Shown: positions 23,090 through 37,000 of the stretch, one piece after another | How positions within the stretch are numbered: position 1 is the first letter of the stretch | Layout: the number at the start of each line of letters is the position of its first letter | Source of the DNA: Podarcis pityusensis | Lineage: Eukaryota | Assembly: GCA_964106645.2 (NCBI GenBank) | Contig: OZ067039.1 | Reading direction: 5' to 3' (one strand) | Length of the DNA stretch: 64,000 nt | The notes under the pieces: model-generated | The model's database searches: none | What the model was told of the DNA's origin: nothing | What the model saw: only the letters and a program-made list of their open reading frames with translations | Translations under genes and position numbers: made by a program

Positions 23090-26000
23090 GTAGGTGGATT
23101 GTGACATGTGTAACACTATGGAATGGTTCCATAGCTCAGAGTACGTGCTCAGCATCTGAAAGAGCAGGGCCTGGGCCGGGGGGTGGGAATCCTCCAGTGG
23201 AGACCTTTAGGGCCACTGTCAGTCAGAAGACCAGGGCTGGTCTACCTCAATGTAAGGCAGCTTTGTGTCTTCATCTGTGCATGCTAAGAACATGAAGAAA
23301 AAAAAACCCACACGGGTGCTATGCAACTATATGGTTGCACAAGCACAAGGATTAGCAGTAGCACAATGTTTCCCCCCTCTCCTCCAACCCTGTGCACCCT
23401 GCCCCATACCCAAATCTGTTGCAGAAGGTTGGAGGAACCCTCAGAATACATTTGGGAAAGGGAAAAGTAGGAGAATGTTCTGTTGTGCAAAGAGAATTTT
23501 TTCTTCTGATGGAATGTTCTCCTTAGCACTACTTTGAATACAACACCTGCCAGAGTCCTGTCCCAAGGATCTTAGTCTGCATTCCAGCAAGAGAGAGTGA
23601 AGGGAGAGGAGAGGGTAGCAAAAAGGGGGGGAAAGGGTGAAGGAATGGAATAGGAGAGGTGATGCTTCCAGCACCACTCGGAGGCTCATGCTAAGGGTGA
23701 ACTTGGTTTGGCTGCATTGCCCTGCTGGAATGAAGATAGAGGTGGCATATGCATAGCTCTGACTCTCTCTGTTTACCAGAGACAGTCCCTGTTTTCTGAA
23801 TTCTTTTTCCCTGGTGAAGCATTATCTCTGCATTGCAACCTTTGGAAGATGACAAAGATGGCTACCTGCAATGCACTAGGTCCCTTAGACACCAGAGAAG
23901 CTGCGAACAGAATGGAACTGCTTGCCATGCTAAGTTGTGCCTTCCCCATTCCTTTATCATGGGAATGCAAGGGACATGGTGTTGTGGAAGCAACTCTTTT
24001 GCGTGCGTAACCGTACTGCCTGCTGTGCCTTCATTTATTCATGCCTTGAGGAGAGCTGTGTATTGCCTGCTGTGCCTCTGCTTATGTATCATTTGCATAT
24101 GTATCATACTGATTTGAGCATTAAAACTTTTGGAAAGAATCAGCACCTGAGTTCGTGGACTTTAGCTAGGATAAGCCAGGATACCTGGTGTAAGCAGCAG
24201 TGAGGCTGCTGGCAGGAAGTTGGGTGCACAGGTGCTCCTTCTCACCCATCTCTCCCGACCCCTTCCTGTCCTACTTACAGTCTCCAGGCATTTAACATCC
24301 TGGCTTTGAAATAAGCTGGGATTTGTTAGGCAACTTTAAACCATGGTTTAATGCTGGCTTCTGGCCCTCACTTCTTTAGAAGCATTCAACCATAGTCGCT
24401 AGCTCGTGTAACAGAAATATATGTTCATGTCATGAACCTGTCATGCAGGGTGCACACTGCTTGCGCTACCTAGAGCTACCCACCTGTCAAATGCGTGACT
24501 TTGCAAGTCTCCCTTCACTCCCATTTTAAACATCAAAATCTCTGGTCCAGAGGTTTCCCACCCATGCTACAGCATGACAAGCGGTTTGATGGTTCCACCT
24601 ATCCTAACCACAACTTAACACTGATAATTGCTCTGGCTTTGCTTCGAGATAGTTTGCCAAAGGTTTTGTTTCATGTTGGAGTGTTTATTTTGCTGAGAAA
24701 GGTCTATTGCACTTAGTGACCTTTCCTCTTCCACCTTTTCTCATCCTTCTCTCTTGCCTGAGAGCTTCCAGATCAAAGATAAACATGCAAATGTTCTTGG
24801 CTACCTATCTAAAGTTTCTCTGTTCGCATTCATGTTCCATTCAGTGTCCCATTGGTACCAACACACTCACTTCCTCTTGATATCCAAGGAGAAGGAGTTC
24901 ATAATTTTAAAAACTGATTTTCCCCTTGAGGAGCATATTGTGGCTCTATTGAGTGGAAACTGAGCATCTTATAGCTCCACTGAGGTCACAGAATCATAGA
25001 ATCATAGAACTGTAGAGTTGGAAGGGACCCTGGGGATCATCTAGTCCAACCCCCTGCAATGCAGGAATATGCAGCTGGTCCATACAGAGATTGAACCTGC
25101 AACCTTGTGTTAAGGACTGGCTTCTCTGCAAGTGTTTGCAGATAGCTTGCACTTTACTATAGCACCTGGCAACAGGAGAAAAAAAACAATTAAAAAACCA
25201 TCTTCAAAAATGTTGGGCCCCACTCCCTAACTGTGTGTCTGGGATGAAACAAAGGAATTTACCATGGTCCCTTTGTTACAGAAAAAGACACTCCTTCTCT
25301 ATTCACCTCCTAAATCAAATATCATGATTCTAGATAGCATTTCTTTCCCCATTTCAGCTGTGCCAGTTATTAAGCCAGGACTTGCTGTCTCTTCTTTCCC
25401 CTCCAATCCTTCCATAGGATGGAGACTTGGGAATTTAGAGGGCCACTTATGGACTTGATGCACAAAGAGGGAACGAGTCTGTCACCCTCTTGGAATAGGA
25501 ATGGTTCTGTCTACCCCTGTGGGAGCTGGAGCCCCAAGCTATCTCTTTCTGATGACTTAACTCTAAAGGAATGTGGTGTGTATGAGGCACTGAAGTAACT
25601 CCCAGTGTAAAGGACACTTGATTGGTGTGCAGATACGTTTCTGTCTGCTTTGTGAGTGGCTGCGAATGGCAGCAGTGAATGCAACGCTAACCTGAGAATA
25701 CACAGCCCTTTCTGTAAAAGGCTTCTGGTACGGGCTTTTGGCCTGTATAGAAGCAGGGTGCAAGGCTGGCCATACCCAGCCTCTGACCCCAAAATGGAAT
25801 GCCTATCATGTTTCTGTATTTCATGCCATAACGAACCATCTGAGCCATGGGTTGCTGTTTTACAGTGGTCTGCTCCAACGTCTACACGGCCGACATTGTG
25901 TTCCTGGTGGACGGATCCTCTAGCATTGGAAGAGCCAACTTCCAAATGGTCCGGAACTTCATGGAGGGGCTGGTTGCCCCTTTTGTCAATGTGGTGGGTG

Positions 26001-28396
26001 AGAGAGGGGTGCGCTTTGGAGCTGTGCAGTACAGTGACGAACCCAGGTGAGTCCCAGTCTCTCTGTCCTCCAGCAGTATTTGCAGGAGCTGCAAATTCAT
26101 GGTAGATGGGTCTATCCAATGGCTGCGGCTGTCATATGGGACCTCTCTGATCAGAGGCAATGTATTGATGAATATCAGGTGCTGAGGAGGAAAAACCACA
26201 AGGGAGGATCCTTGCCTTCGTGCCCTGCCCATAGGCTTTCCAGAGGTGCCTGATGGATGACTGTTAAAAAGAGCATGTGCGCTGGCCCTCAGCCTGATCC
26301 AGCAGGGCCTTTCTCATAGTGCAGGTGGCTAACTTGTGACCCTTCAGGTCTTTGTAGTTGGACTCCTACCAGCCCTAATCTATATGGCCCAATAGTCTGG
26401 GATGATGGAAGTTGGAGTCCATCAACATCTGGATCTGGCACCCCTGTCTTATAGGCTACTATAGAATAGCCTTCCTCCAACCTGTTGGATGTTGTTGGAC
26501 TCCAGCTCACCTCAGACCTAGCCAGCCAATGGCCAATTGTTGAGGATGATGGGAGTTTCAGACCAACAACATATTGAGTCCACCATGCTGGGGGAAGTGT
26601 TCTAGAGCTTTCCATTGTCATAATGTAGATTTGTGCTCAAAGTTCTCTGCATTCCTGCAGTATGATCCTCACAATGCCCAAGGGAGAGAAGGTGCTTCTT
26701 ATTCACAGAGCTGACTAATTTAATAGAACTTCTGTACAGAGCTTCTTTTCAAATAGGCATTTGGCTGATTAACATTATATGGCCTTTTAAATGTGTCTGT
26801 GGGAGGAGGGATATTTGTTTGTTTTGCCTTTGTTTTATTATGCATTTTGTGTTTTCATTTTGCATGTTTATGTTGTGAATTGCCTTGTGGTTTTTGGATG
26901 AAAGGCGTTATACAAATTCAGTAACTAATGATGATAATAGTAATAGCTTAAGCTGGCTATAAAAATGGCTAGGGTGTCTTTTTTTTTTTACTTTCAACTT
27001 GAGACTTTAGCTCTTTTTTCAAATATAAAAGAAACCTGGATTCACAGCATGGTCTCATTTTCCTTTTCTGAAGAGCCAACCACTCCACTTACACCTGGAG
27101 AAACTCCTTAAGAGCACCACTGGGAATTTCTGAAAAACTTTTTGGTGATGCACAAAGCTGCCCATGAAGAAATGGTGGCTCATTCGGTGGACTCCACTCA
27201 AGAGATGGGCTGGCAGGTCCTGTGACTTCTGCTCCTGCCTCCTCCCCTGACCTTTCCTTTCGTTTTGATCCCAGGACCGAGTTCACGTTCTCCACATACC
27301 GCAATGGGACAGCGGTGATGAGGGCTGTCCGAGAGATGGCCTACAAGTCTGGGAACACGCGGACAGGGGCAGGCTTTCGCCATGTGGCAGATAACTTCTT
27401 TGGAGCCAGTCAGATCCGGCCTAATGTTCCAAAGGTACCGTGAGAGAGTGTCTTCTGCTAGATCAGAGAGAAGGGTGGCTGGATGGGTGGGAAGTCAGTG
27501 GCCAAAGCAGCAGGGTAATATGCTGATGGGACTTCTTAGCCTCCTGGTGGCCTCTCTTTTGGCTTCTGGCAGTGTTGGAGCATGCATGTCATGAAGCTGA
27601 ATAATTAGCTATCACTCTCTTTGGGAAGGTTGAGAGAGACAGAAGGGGGGTGCTACCCCCAGGCTGTGATGATGCACATTCCCTTAAAATAGGTCGCATG
27701 CGGCAACCCCTCACCATTCCCTCTGCATCTGAGCTACCCAGCTTAGGTGAAGGATCCAAAAAGTTTGCACCAATGTAAATTCAGAAAGAGGCACTTTGCT
27801 ACAACCCCTTGTTGAGGGTACCTCCATGGCTTATAGCTTTCCCTTCTCTGCATCAGATCTGCATCCTCATCACAGATGGAAAGTCTCAGGATGAAGTTGA
27901 GGGGGCAGCTGCAAAGCTGAAGGATCAAGGCATTAAAGTCTTTGCTGTGGGTGAGTGGCTACTGCATTCAGGTCCCGTGAGAGATTGGGATCCAGGAAGG
28001 TCAACATTCGCGAGAACTTCTCCCTTCCTCCATCCCCCATACAGTCGTATCTTCCTGTAATCTCTGGCTCCTACCATCTGCTCCCTCACCCTGCCGCTGG
28101 TTCTCTGTATGAAAAAGCAGAGCTCGGTGGGTGATGCTGGTTAACATCTATACCAGTTCCTACTTGCCACATGAGGAGGCCCAGGTAGGGAACAAGGACT
28201 TTGCAAGCAAGCAGCCTCCTAGTTTTGTTATCCCTGGCAAATCTTCCCTCTCACAGATGGCACATATACCTGGGGTGAACATGTGGACGTGGTTGGCTCT
28301 TGTGAGAGCAGGATGCTGGATTAGATGGGCCATTGGTCTGATCCATCAGAGCTCATATTAAGCATTTAACATTTTCAAAAAACCCTAATAAGAACA

Positions 28397-28432
<36 letters not shown>

Positions 28433-31400
28433 CTCCCCAAATGTTATATTTCAACAGTGGTGAATTAATAAATCACATATGATTTTGAATGTTGAACACG
28501 TGCAATTGTCCCTTCTTCAACAAGCCATGAAATATCTTGTGTTGCAGTCTTGGCTGTAGCATTGCATGAGGGTACAATGCTAGCCTGTTTGGGTCCGTTA
28601 CAATTAGGAGAGAAATTGGCACAGTCCTTGTGTGGGTTGCAAGCACTATCTGTACCTGTCACTTACAGCAGTGCTCACATGGTGGCAAGGGGAGGGCTGT
28701 AGCTTGGTGGTAGAACATCTGCTTTGGATGCAGAAGGTCCAAGTTTTAACTCCTGGAATGTAAGGAATTGAGGAATGAGAATCTCCTCTGTCTGAGACTA
28801 GAGAGTAGCTGCCTGCTCATTGTAGGCAATAATCATCTGCCCTTCACTGTAAACAATACTAAGCTAGAGTGACCGATGGTCAGATTTCCTATGTTCTTGC
28901 CTTAGCCTATAATCAAGGGCCATTATGTATCCCAACACTCCAGTGCATGGAGAAGACAGAGGGTTAGGAAACCCCAAAGAAGGGAGAAATGTAGGTCTGA
29001 AGGTGGTTGAAGACGATTGCTACCAGAGTCCTCTGTTTCCCACTCAGGCATCAAGAACGCGGACAGCAGCGAGCTGACCAAAGTGGCTTCCACCCCCACG
29101 GAGGATTATTTCTTCTTTGTCACTGACTTTAAAATCCTCTCAACTCTCTTGCCGCTGGTGTCGCGGAGGGTGTGCACCAGCACCGGGGGCATCTTACAGC
29201 CAGCAGGTAAAAGGTTCGGGGTGGGGTACAGGTGCCGCTCAGCTTTGAAGTGCTGCTTCGGTCCTGATTCTCTCTCTCTCTCTCTGGCAAGGGTTGCAAG
29301 GGGTTAATTCCCAGCCTGCCCTGTTTCCATGGAAATGCATCAGCAAATCCTGGAGGAAGCTCCTGATCTAATCAATGTGATACTCCACCAGGAACCCTGA
29401 CCTAAGCTCAGTGTTGGTTTAACCTCACCCTGCGGGTGGGTAGCATTCAATCTTCTTACCCTCCAGTGCTTGCTGGTGTCAACATAAGTTGCTCATCATT
29501 CTACAAATCCTTCCAGCTTTTTTGTTTGTGTGGGTTGGGGGGGGGGGGAGAAAGGAACTGCTTTTCTGAAATTCTTGGCCTTTGCTCACCTTACCTTCTG
29601 GGCCTGTGGTGAGCTGCATGTGCCAGCAAGGATCTTGATTTATTCTCTCTGTTTCCTCCCCTCCACTTTAAGGTACAGAGACATATGGTGGCCCCTCGAA
29701 TTTGGTCTTCCTGGAGCAGGGAACAGATATGCTGAGGATCCGCTGGACGGCGGCTGGTGGTCCTGTAATAGGCTACAAAGTCCAGTATGTGCCTCTCACA
29801 GGCTTGGGGCAGCAAATAACAGCTGAGAGGCAGGAGGTGAGGCTTCCCATTTCAGCGCAGTCCTATGTGTCTTTACCTAGCTGTAAGTCACAAAAGGCAG
29901 GCTAATCCTAACTCCCCACTGATGGGGACCCTGTGGAGTGGTGGAAACCAGCACCACATCCACAGCCTGGCCACTCATGGCGGGGAAGGGGCGGGGAAAG
30001 CCTGGAGTGGATGCAGGGAATGGGACCAACTCCAACCCTGTGAGAGCAGCTTGGGAGCCAGCAGATCCCAGACCAGCTCAGCCCTTCTCTTGGAACACCC
30101 TGTTGTAGCGCTTTGTGGATACTGCCAGCAAGTTTTTCCGCCTGGCTGCATGTTTGGCAGGCAGAAGCGGGGAAATCTGCGCTGACAGAGTGACACTTGT
30201 GTCTGTCAGTCCACCGGCAGCAACTAGAAAGAGGCCAGCTCAGCTGGCAGAAGCGAGCCGAACAACATCTCTGCTCAGTCCAAGCCCTCCTCCCCAAGCC
30301 CAGTATAAGGAAGGCTTGGATTGTAGCTTAAAACATAAATGGTGCATTTTATGTTGTTACCTCTGCCCTCCAGAGGTTTAAACTTAGGGTTGATAAGGAA
30401 GTAAATGTTGCAGATATTTTAGTCCAACCATCCCTACATATTGCCATCTTCCCTGGGGGGCGGAAATGAAATGGCTTCAGAATTTGTGGAAATTTTACTT
30501 TTTTAAGCACCCAGGAATAAACTTGACCAGAGCTGTGTGTGCATTTACATTTTACTTTTGCACTATTTACCCAGTTTATATGCCCTCCCTTACAAGCTGC
30601 AGTTAACTCCACAGAGAGAGAAAATAGAGAGGTCCATGGATCTTGCCTGTGTTTCCCCCCACAACTTTGGGGAGTTTGTGTGATTGGATAGAGATAAGGA
30701 AACCAGTGAAGAGAAATGGGTTAACCTGGGCTTGGTGCCTTCCAGATGTTTGGGGCCAACTCCTGTTAGGGGCTAGTCGGTGGGAGTTTGGGTCTGAAAG
30801 ACCTGGAGGGCACCAGGTTGGCAAAGGCTGGGTTAGACACTCCTTCCTCAGTACCGTTGCTCCAGTTGAAACTCAAGGTTCTCCCTCTACCTGTCTTCTG
30901 TTGTGGCCCTTTGGCTGCTTCACCCAGGCTTTACTGTCCAGGTGCTAATTTAGTGTGAGAAGTCCCCCACACAGTTCACTATGTTATAGGAGGCCACTGG
31001 TAGTCATGGCTTCCTCCTTCATGTGCACACAGTTAAAATGGATACAAGTGTTTTTGTCACACATGACTAGGGACTGATGCATTCGTCATACTATCTGAAG
31101 CTATTTTTTCCATTCATTCCTGCTGTTGGACAGGTTAGTTTGGGACCTGGTGAGACGAGTACCGTGCTACGTGGTTTGAGGGGAGGCACAGATTACCTGG
31201 TGACTGTTATTGCTCAGTATGCCAACAGCATTGGAGAATCCGTATCTGGCAAAGGACGTACTCGTGAGTAACGACTTCTGCCTCTGATAATCCCATATTT
31301 CCACAACTTCTTGGAGACGTTCTGTGTATGTCTCTCTGTGGTGACTCTTCACAAGAGCGTGATTTGTTTGGGTTTCCTTGTATGCATGTGGGCTTTGTGC

Positions 31401-32354
31401 ATTTTCCTGTGTGAGGATTGCTTTCTGTGTGGGAACATGGCAGTTGGTATGTGAGTTAGTGTGTGAGGTGGCCGCATTTGGGACAATTGCAGCAGTAGGA
31501 GGTTCAATGAATGGTGCTTAGTCTGTGCAGTTGTAGCCTATTTTTGAGGAGGCTCAGGGAGGAAAAATGTAAGGAGTTGTATCCAACTAAATTTCACTCA
31601 GAGGAAACCCATTAAGTGTCCATTTATTTTAATGAGCCTACTCTGAGTTGGACTATATGTGTATGCAGCCCACAGTTATTGAGGCTGACATTACTTTTGA
31701 TCTTGGCATCACCATTAATACAGAAACCTTGGGTCTTTGGTGTCAGGCTCCAGATCCACCTGCTGCTTCCCTCCTTTTTAGAGCTCACATGCACCTTGCA
31801 TGTACGCTGAGTTCATCATTGGAGACCTTTCTATGGGTGCCCGCACCTTCTGAAGTTAGGTACTTGGCAACTGATGGCTGTGTCTTTTTGGCTGTGGCAC
31901 CCCTTGCTTGGAATATTCTCCCCAGATAGGCTTACCTAACTCCTACTTACATGTCCCTTTGGCAAAGACCTTTTTATTTCCCTGGGCCTCCTTAAATACT
32001 AGTTGAATCTGGTTTTTCACTGCTTTTGTGATGCTCATGAGTTGTTCTTTTAACTGCTGCTATTAAAATCAAGTTGCCACTGTTGTGTTATATTTACACT
32101 GCAGGTACCAACTGTGTCATTACCAGTGGTGTCTTAAATGGTTTTTATGCACAGTAGTTTTATTGCTCTGTTAGGACTCGCTTTGGGAAGGAAGGACTGA
32201 TTATAAAGTACAGATTCCTGTACTGCAGGGGGTTGGGCTAGATGACCCTTGTGGTCCCTTCCAACTCTACAGTTTTGTGATTCTATCATTTGTTTTTATT
32301 GACTTAACTGTGTTTGTGTTCAGAGCCTATTACTGAATATTGTGTTATATATAC

Positions 32355-32392
<38 letters not shown>

Positions 32393-34025
32393 GTATATGT
32401 GTGTGTGTGTACACACACACACACACACACACATTCCCAGGGGAACTGAAGGAGGCAGTGGTGCGCCCACTCTTAAAGAAAACATCATTAGATCCCTTAG
32501 ATCTATCCAATTACCGCCCGGTTTCGAATCTTCCGTTCCTGGGTAAGGTGATTGAGAGAGCGGTTGCTGAACAGCTTGGTGGGTTTCTGGATGAAACATC
32601 GGCTCTGGATCCATTCCAGTCCGGCTTCCGCGCTGGTCATGGGACCGAGGCGGCTCTGGTTGCCCTAACAGATGATCTTCGTAGACAGCTGGATCGAGGC
32701 GGGTCGGGGCTGCTGATTCTTCTAGATCTGTCAGCAGCTTTCGACATGGTCGATCATGAACTTCTGGACCACCGCCTTGCCGACGTGGGGATCCAGGGCA
32801 CAGTCCTTCAATGGCTGCGCTCGTTTCTCTCTGGTCGGGGACAGAGGGTGGCGCTTGGGGGGGAATTGTCATCGCGCCACTCCTTGGTGTGTGGAGTACC
32901 TCAGGGTGCGATACTCTCCCCAATGCTTTTCAACATCTTTATGCGCCCCCTCGCCCAGCTTGTTCGGAGTTTCGGGCTGGGTTGCCATCAGTATGCCGAT
33001 AACACCCAACTCTATCTGTTGATGGATGGCCATCCTGACTTGGCCCCAGACACACTGACCAGATGTTTGGAAGCTGTGGCTGGATGGTTACGTGGGAGCC
33101 GGTTGAAGCTAAATCCTTCGAAGACAGAGGTCCTGTGGCTGGGACGGGGCGATATGGGATTGGGGGGGCAACTCCCATCTCTTGCAGGGGTGCAATTAGT
33201 GCCAGCGCCGTCCGTTAAGAGTTTGGGTGTAATCTTCGACACCTCCCTTTCCATGGAGGCGCAGATTGCAGCTATAACAAAGGCGGCATTTTTCCATCTC
33301 CGCCAAGCTAAGCAGTTGGCTCCTTACCTCTCTCGCCCTGACCTAGCCACTGTGATCCACGCGACGGTCACCTCCAGACTGGATTATTGTAACTCGCTCT
33401 ACGTGGGGCTGCCCTTGAGACTGACCCAGAAACTCCAGCGGGTGCAGAATGCTGCAGCGAGACTCCTTACGAGGTCTTCGCTGCGAGATCACATACACCC
33501 GGTGCTATACCAGCTGCACTGGCTCCCGGTGGAGTACAGGATCAGGTTTAAGGTGCTGGTTTTAACCTTTAAAGCCCTATACGGCCTAGGACCCTCGTAC
33601 CTACGGGACCGCCTCTCCTGGTATGCCCCACAGAGAAACTTACGGTCTTCAAATAAAAACATCTTGAAGGTCCCAGGCCACAGAGAAGTTAGGCTGGCCT
33701 CAACTAGAGCCAGGGCTTTTTTGGCTGTGGCTCCGATCTGGTGGAACACTCTGTCACAAGAGACCAGAGCCCTGCGGGACTTGACATCTTTCCGCAGGGC
33801 CTGCAAGACAGAGCTGTTCCACCAGGCCTTTGGCCAGGGCACAGCCTGACTCCCTCCCTCGGCAATCTTCGCGGAGCTCTGGCCCAATGGTTGCCAGTGG
33901 CTTGAATTAATTAATTTTATAATGAATGATTTTAGAGTGTTGTTTATCCTGTACTTTTGTATTGTTTTATTGTTGTTAGCCGCCCTGAGCCCGGCTTCGG
34001 CTGGGGAGGGCAGGATATAAATAAA

Positions 34026-34065
<40 letters not shown>

Positions 34066-37000
34066 TATGTGTGTGTGTGTATACACACACACACACAGTG
34101 GTACCTTGTTTTATGAACTTAATCCCTCCTGGAATTGCATTCTTAAACCAAGGCGTACTTTCCCATAGCCGTGGGGGACTCAATTTACAAGTGGAACACA
34201 CTCAACAGGAAGCCAACCATGTTCTGCTTCCAAGGCAAAGTTCACAAACCAAAACACCTACTTCCGGGTTTGCAGCGTTCTTAATCCAAGTTATTCATAA
34301 GCTAAGCTGTTCTTAAACCAAGGTCCCACTGTATATTATGTATTAGTGCTGCCATCTTGGATTTTGTAACTGATGGTAGCAATAGGGAGGCTATTGATAG
34401 AATATGTCATATTCTCATTTGTGCATCCCACACAGCTCTTAACTCTAGGTTGTGGTGGATATAGCAGTACAGTTTGAGACAATCTGAAATGCAGGGAGCA
34501 GGACTCACCTAAATTAGTTTATGACAACAGTTGCATGTTGGCTTTTGGTGTTACTCAGTTGCTCACTCTTACTCTTAACTTAGCAAACTCCTATTGTTTT
34601 TCTCCTCTCGACACCTGCTGGTAACTGAGGCAACTGCCTTCGTTTCATCTGGCACCCACTGTGTGCCTCAGTCCCACATGAAGGGCACACAGACATATCT
34701 TCTTTCTCTTACAGAGGCTGTGTCTGGAGTGGCAAATTTCCAAGTGTTGGATGCAGGACCCACCTTCCTTAGGCTGTCATGGGCCCCTGGTCTGGGTACC
34801 CTACAGGGCTACAGGCTCACGTATCTGGGCAGAGGTGAGTGAAGATCATGGCAGGGTTGGCACGTACGCATCAGAAATACCAATCAGTCCTGTTGTTAGG
34901 TGGAAGCGCTGCAGAACAACTGTAAGACTGACTCTGAATTCTTTCAAGAGCTGAAAGGCTGCTGCTTTCACCTACATTGTAAAGCATCATTGGACACAGT
35001 GTTTCCCACCCACCCCTTAAGCAGCTGCCGACTAAGCAGAGTAAATGCTGAGGGTGATGATGTTGTGCCTGAATTGTTGCCAAGAAGTACCAGGAGGCAA
35101 CACGGGCTCTGGGCAGCCGTCATAGGTTATAAGCTAATTTGGTCCTAAGAGGATACTGAGAAGCAACTCTGGAAAATCTTTAGAATGCCTCCTGGTTTTA
35201 TATCTGGGATAAGAATGTAAGAAGAGCCTGCTGGATCGGGCCCATAGTCCATCTACTGCAGCATCTTGTTCTCACAATGGCCAACCAGATGGTTGCAGAA
35301 AGCTTGCATGCAGGACCCGAGTGCAGTAGCGCTCTGCCCACCTGTGATTCCCAGAAACTAGAATTCAAAGACATCTTGCCTCTGACAGTGGAGATAGAAC
35401 ATAGCCATTGTGGCTGTTGGGTGGGTGCTGTTGTCATGTTTTCCTTGCTTTTCAAGGCTCCAGCTGCAGCAGGAGGGCAAGCAGTGCTCTTTGGTGGAAG
35501 GCAGGCTGTTGATCAGAAGAGAGAAGCTCAGCCACGCTGTAATTTTCAGAAGCACAGCTCAGCCCCGCTCTTGTGGCAGGAGCTCTTGTTGACGAGGCTT
35601 ACGCTCTGTGTAATAGCACAGTTTGAAAACAAAGCCTTGAGACAGCGTGGGGTGGAGGAACAGCTTGTGCCAGTGCGTGGAGTCCCTCCGTGCAGCTGTG
35701 AACGTGCTGCCTGAGCATCTCCTCGTGTGCCTGAGTGTCGCAATACATGCGCGTTGTTGCCACAGTTTAGGTTGTGCTGCGAGAGAGAGTCCAGGCTTGG
35801 GGGAGTGGAGGCTGTTTGGAAGATTCCCTCTACCATTTCCTGTGTTTTGTACCTGTTGGAAGCTGCACCTGGAGCTGCTCCTCCCCAGCCTGCAGCCATC
35901 CCAGTGCTCAGAGCCCTGGCAGATCTCCCAGAGCCTCACCCACTGGGTGGCCACACCTGTTGCCATGGCAATGCAGAGAATGCTGGCCCTGTGGGCACCA
36001 ACATGCTGCTGAGCTCAGCAAAAGCAGCCACCGCTTGGATGCTGTTTGGCTCTGCATGCAGGAGCCAAATGGCTGCAGTGTCAGCCACAGTGGAACCAAA
36101 CCATGTCTACCCATGCCCCCCCCCACAAGTCCTTTGTCTATCATTGTTGGAGAGGTCACCCCTGGCACCCATTTTCAGCCCCCGTGCTCAGGTCCCTGCC
36201 CAGTGGTTTAGACTCCTGCAGTTGGCTGCAGTGATCCAGAAACTCAGAGATGTGTGTATCTGCTGCTAATTTGAGAGATGCCTACATAAACAAGTGGGGG
36301 CATGCAAGAATTCATGGTGGGGCAGGGATGGACCCCAGCTAGATGGACCACCTCTACCTGCTGCCATCAGCCATGCACACAGACATTTTCTCTCTCGCGT
36401 GCATACCATCTATTGCTCAGGAAGTGCTGCCTAGGTGAGACTTGGAGGGGGCAGTTTGACCCTCCACCATGAACCTGTAAGACTAGGTCGTATTTACCAT
36501 AGGCAAAGACCCTCTCTGAACCTGCACAGCCCTCCAGTGTGTCTCCTTGGTTGTCCACATGTGGATTGATTGGATTCTCAAATAGACTATAGATTCCTCC
36601 AGGAAATGGAAGGAAGATCATAAGAGCATAGGAGGAGCCTTGCTGGGTCAAGCCAGGAACCCATCTAGTGCTGCAGCATTCTCTCTACTTGTGATTCACA
36701 TGGGTATGCGGAGGTGAAACATAATCATGTATAGCCTTACCCTCCATAATATCACATAGAAGCTGACATGGCCACCAAATTAAAAGCTGGGGTTGCATCA
36801 TGAAACTGTGATGCATATTCTGTTATGTATTGAAGATGGAGGAATATTCTGAAAGAAGGAGAAGTGCTTGCACCTTGCAGTGGCTTCAGTATGTATGTGC
36901 CCCTCAGGTCAGTGTGGGTGCTTTGACTTAGAGCTGTGAATCTCCTCACCTTTCAGTCATTAGACTTGGTCATGTTCTTGACTACATGCGGGCCATTAGC

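Noticed and set aside
25511-26119. 202-aa minus-strand ORF and similar antisense ORFs over collagen exons (e.g. 54049-54585)
   Set aside because: Antisense shadows of real exons plus intron sequence.
32314-33849. 511-aa ORF as a domesticated RT gene
   Set aside because: N-terminus is translated microsatellite, the endonuclease is missing, catalytic YADD is YADN, and it has a normal LINE 3' tail.
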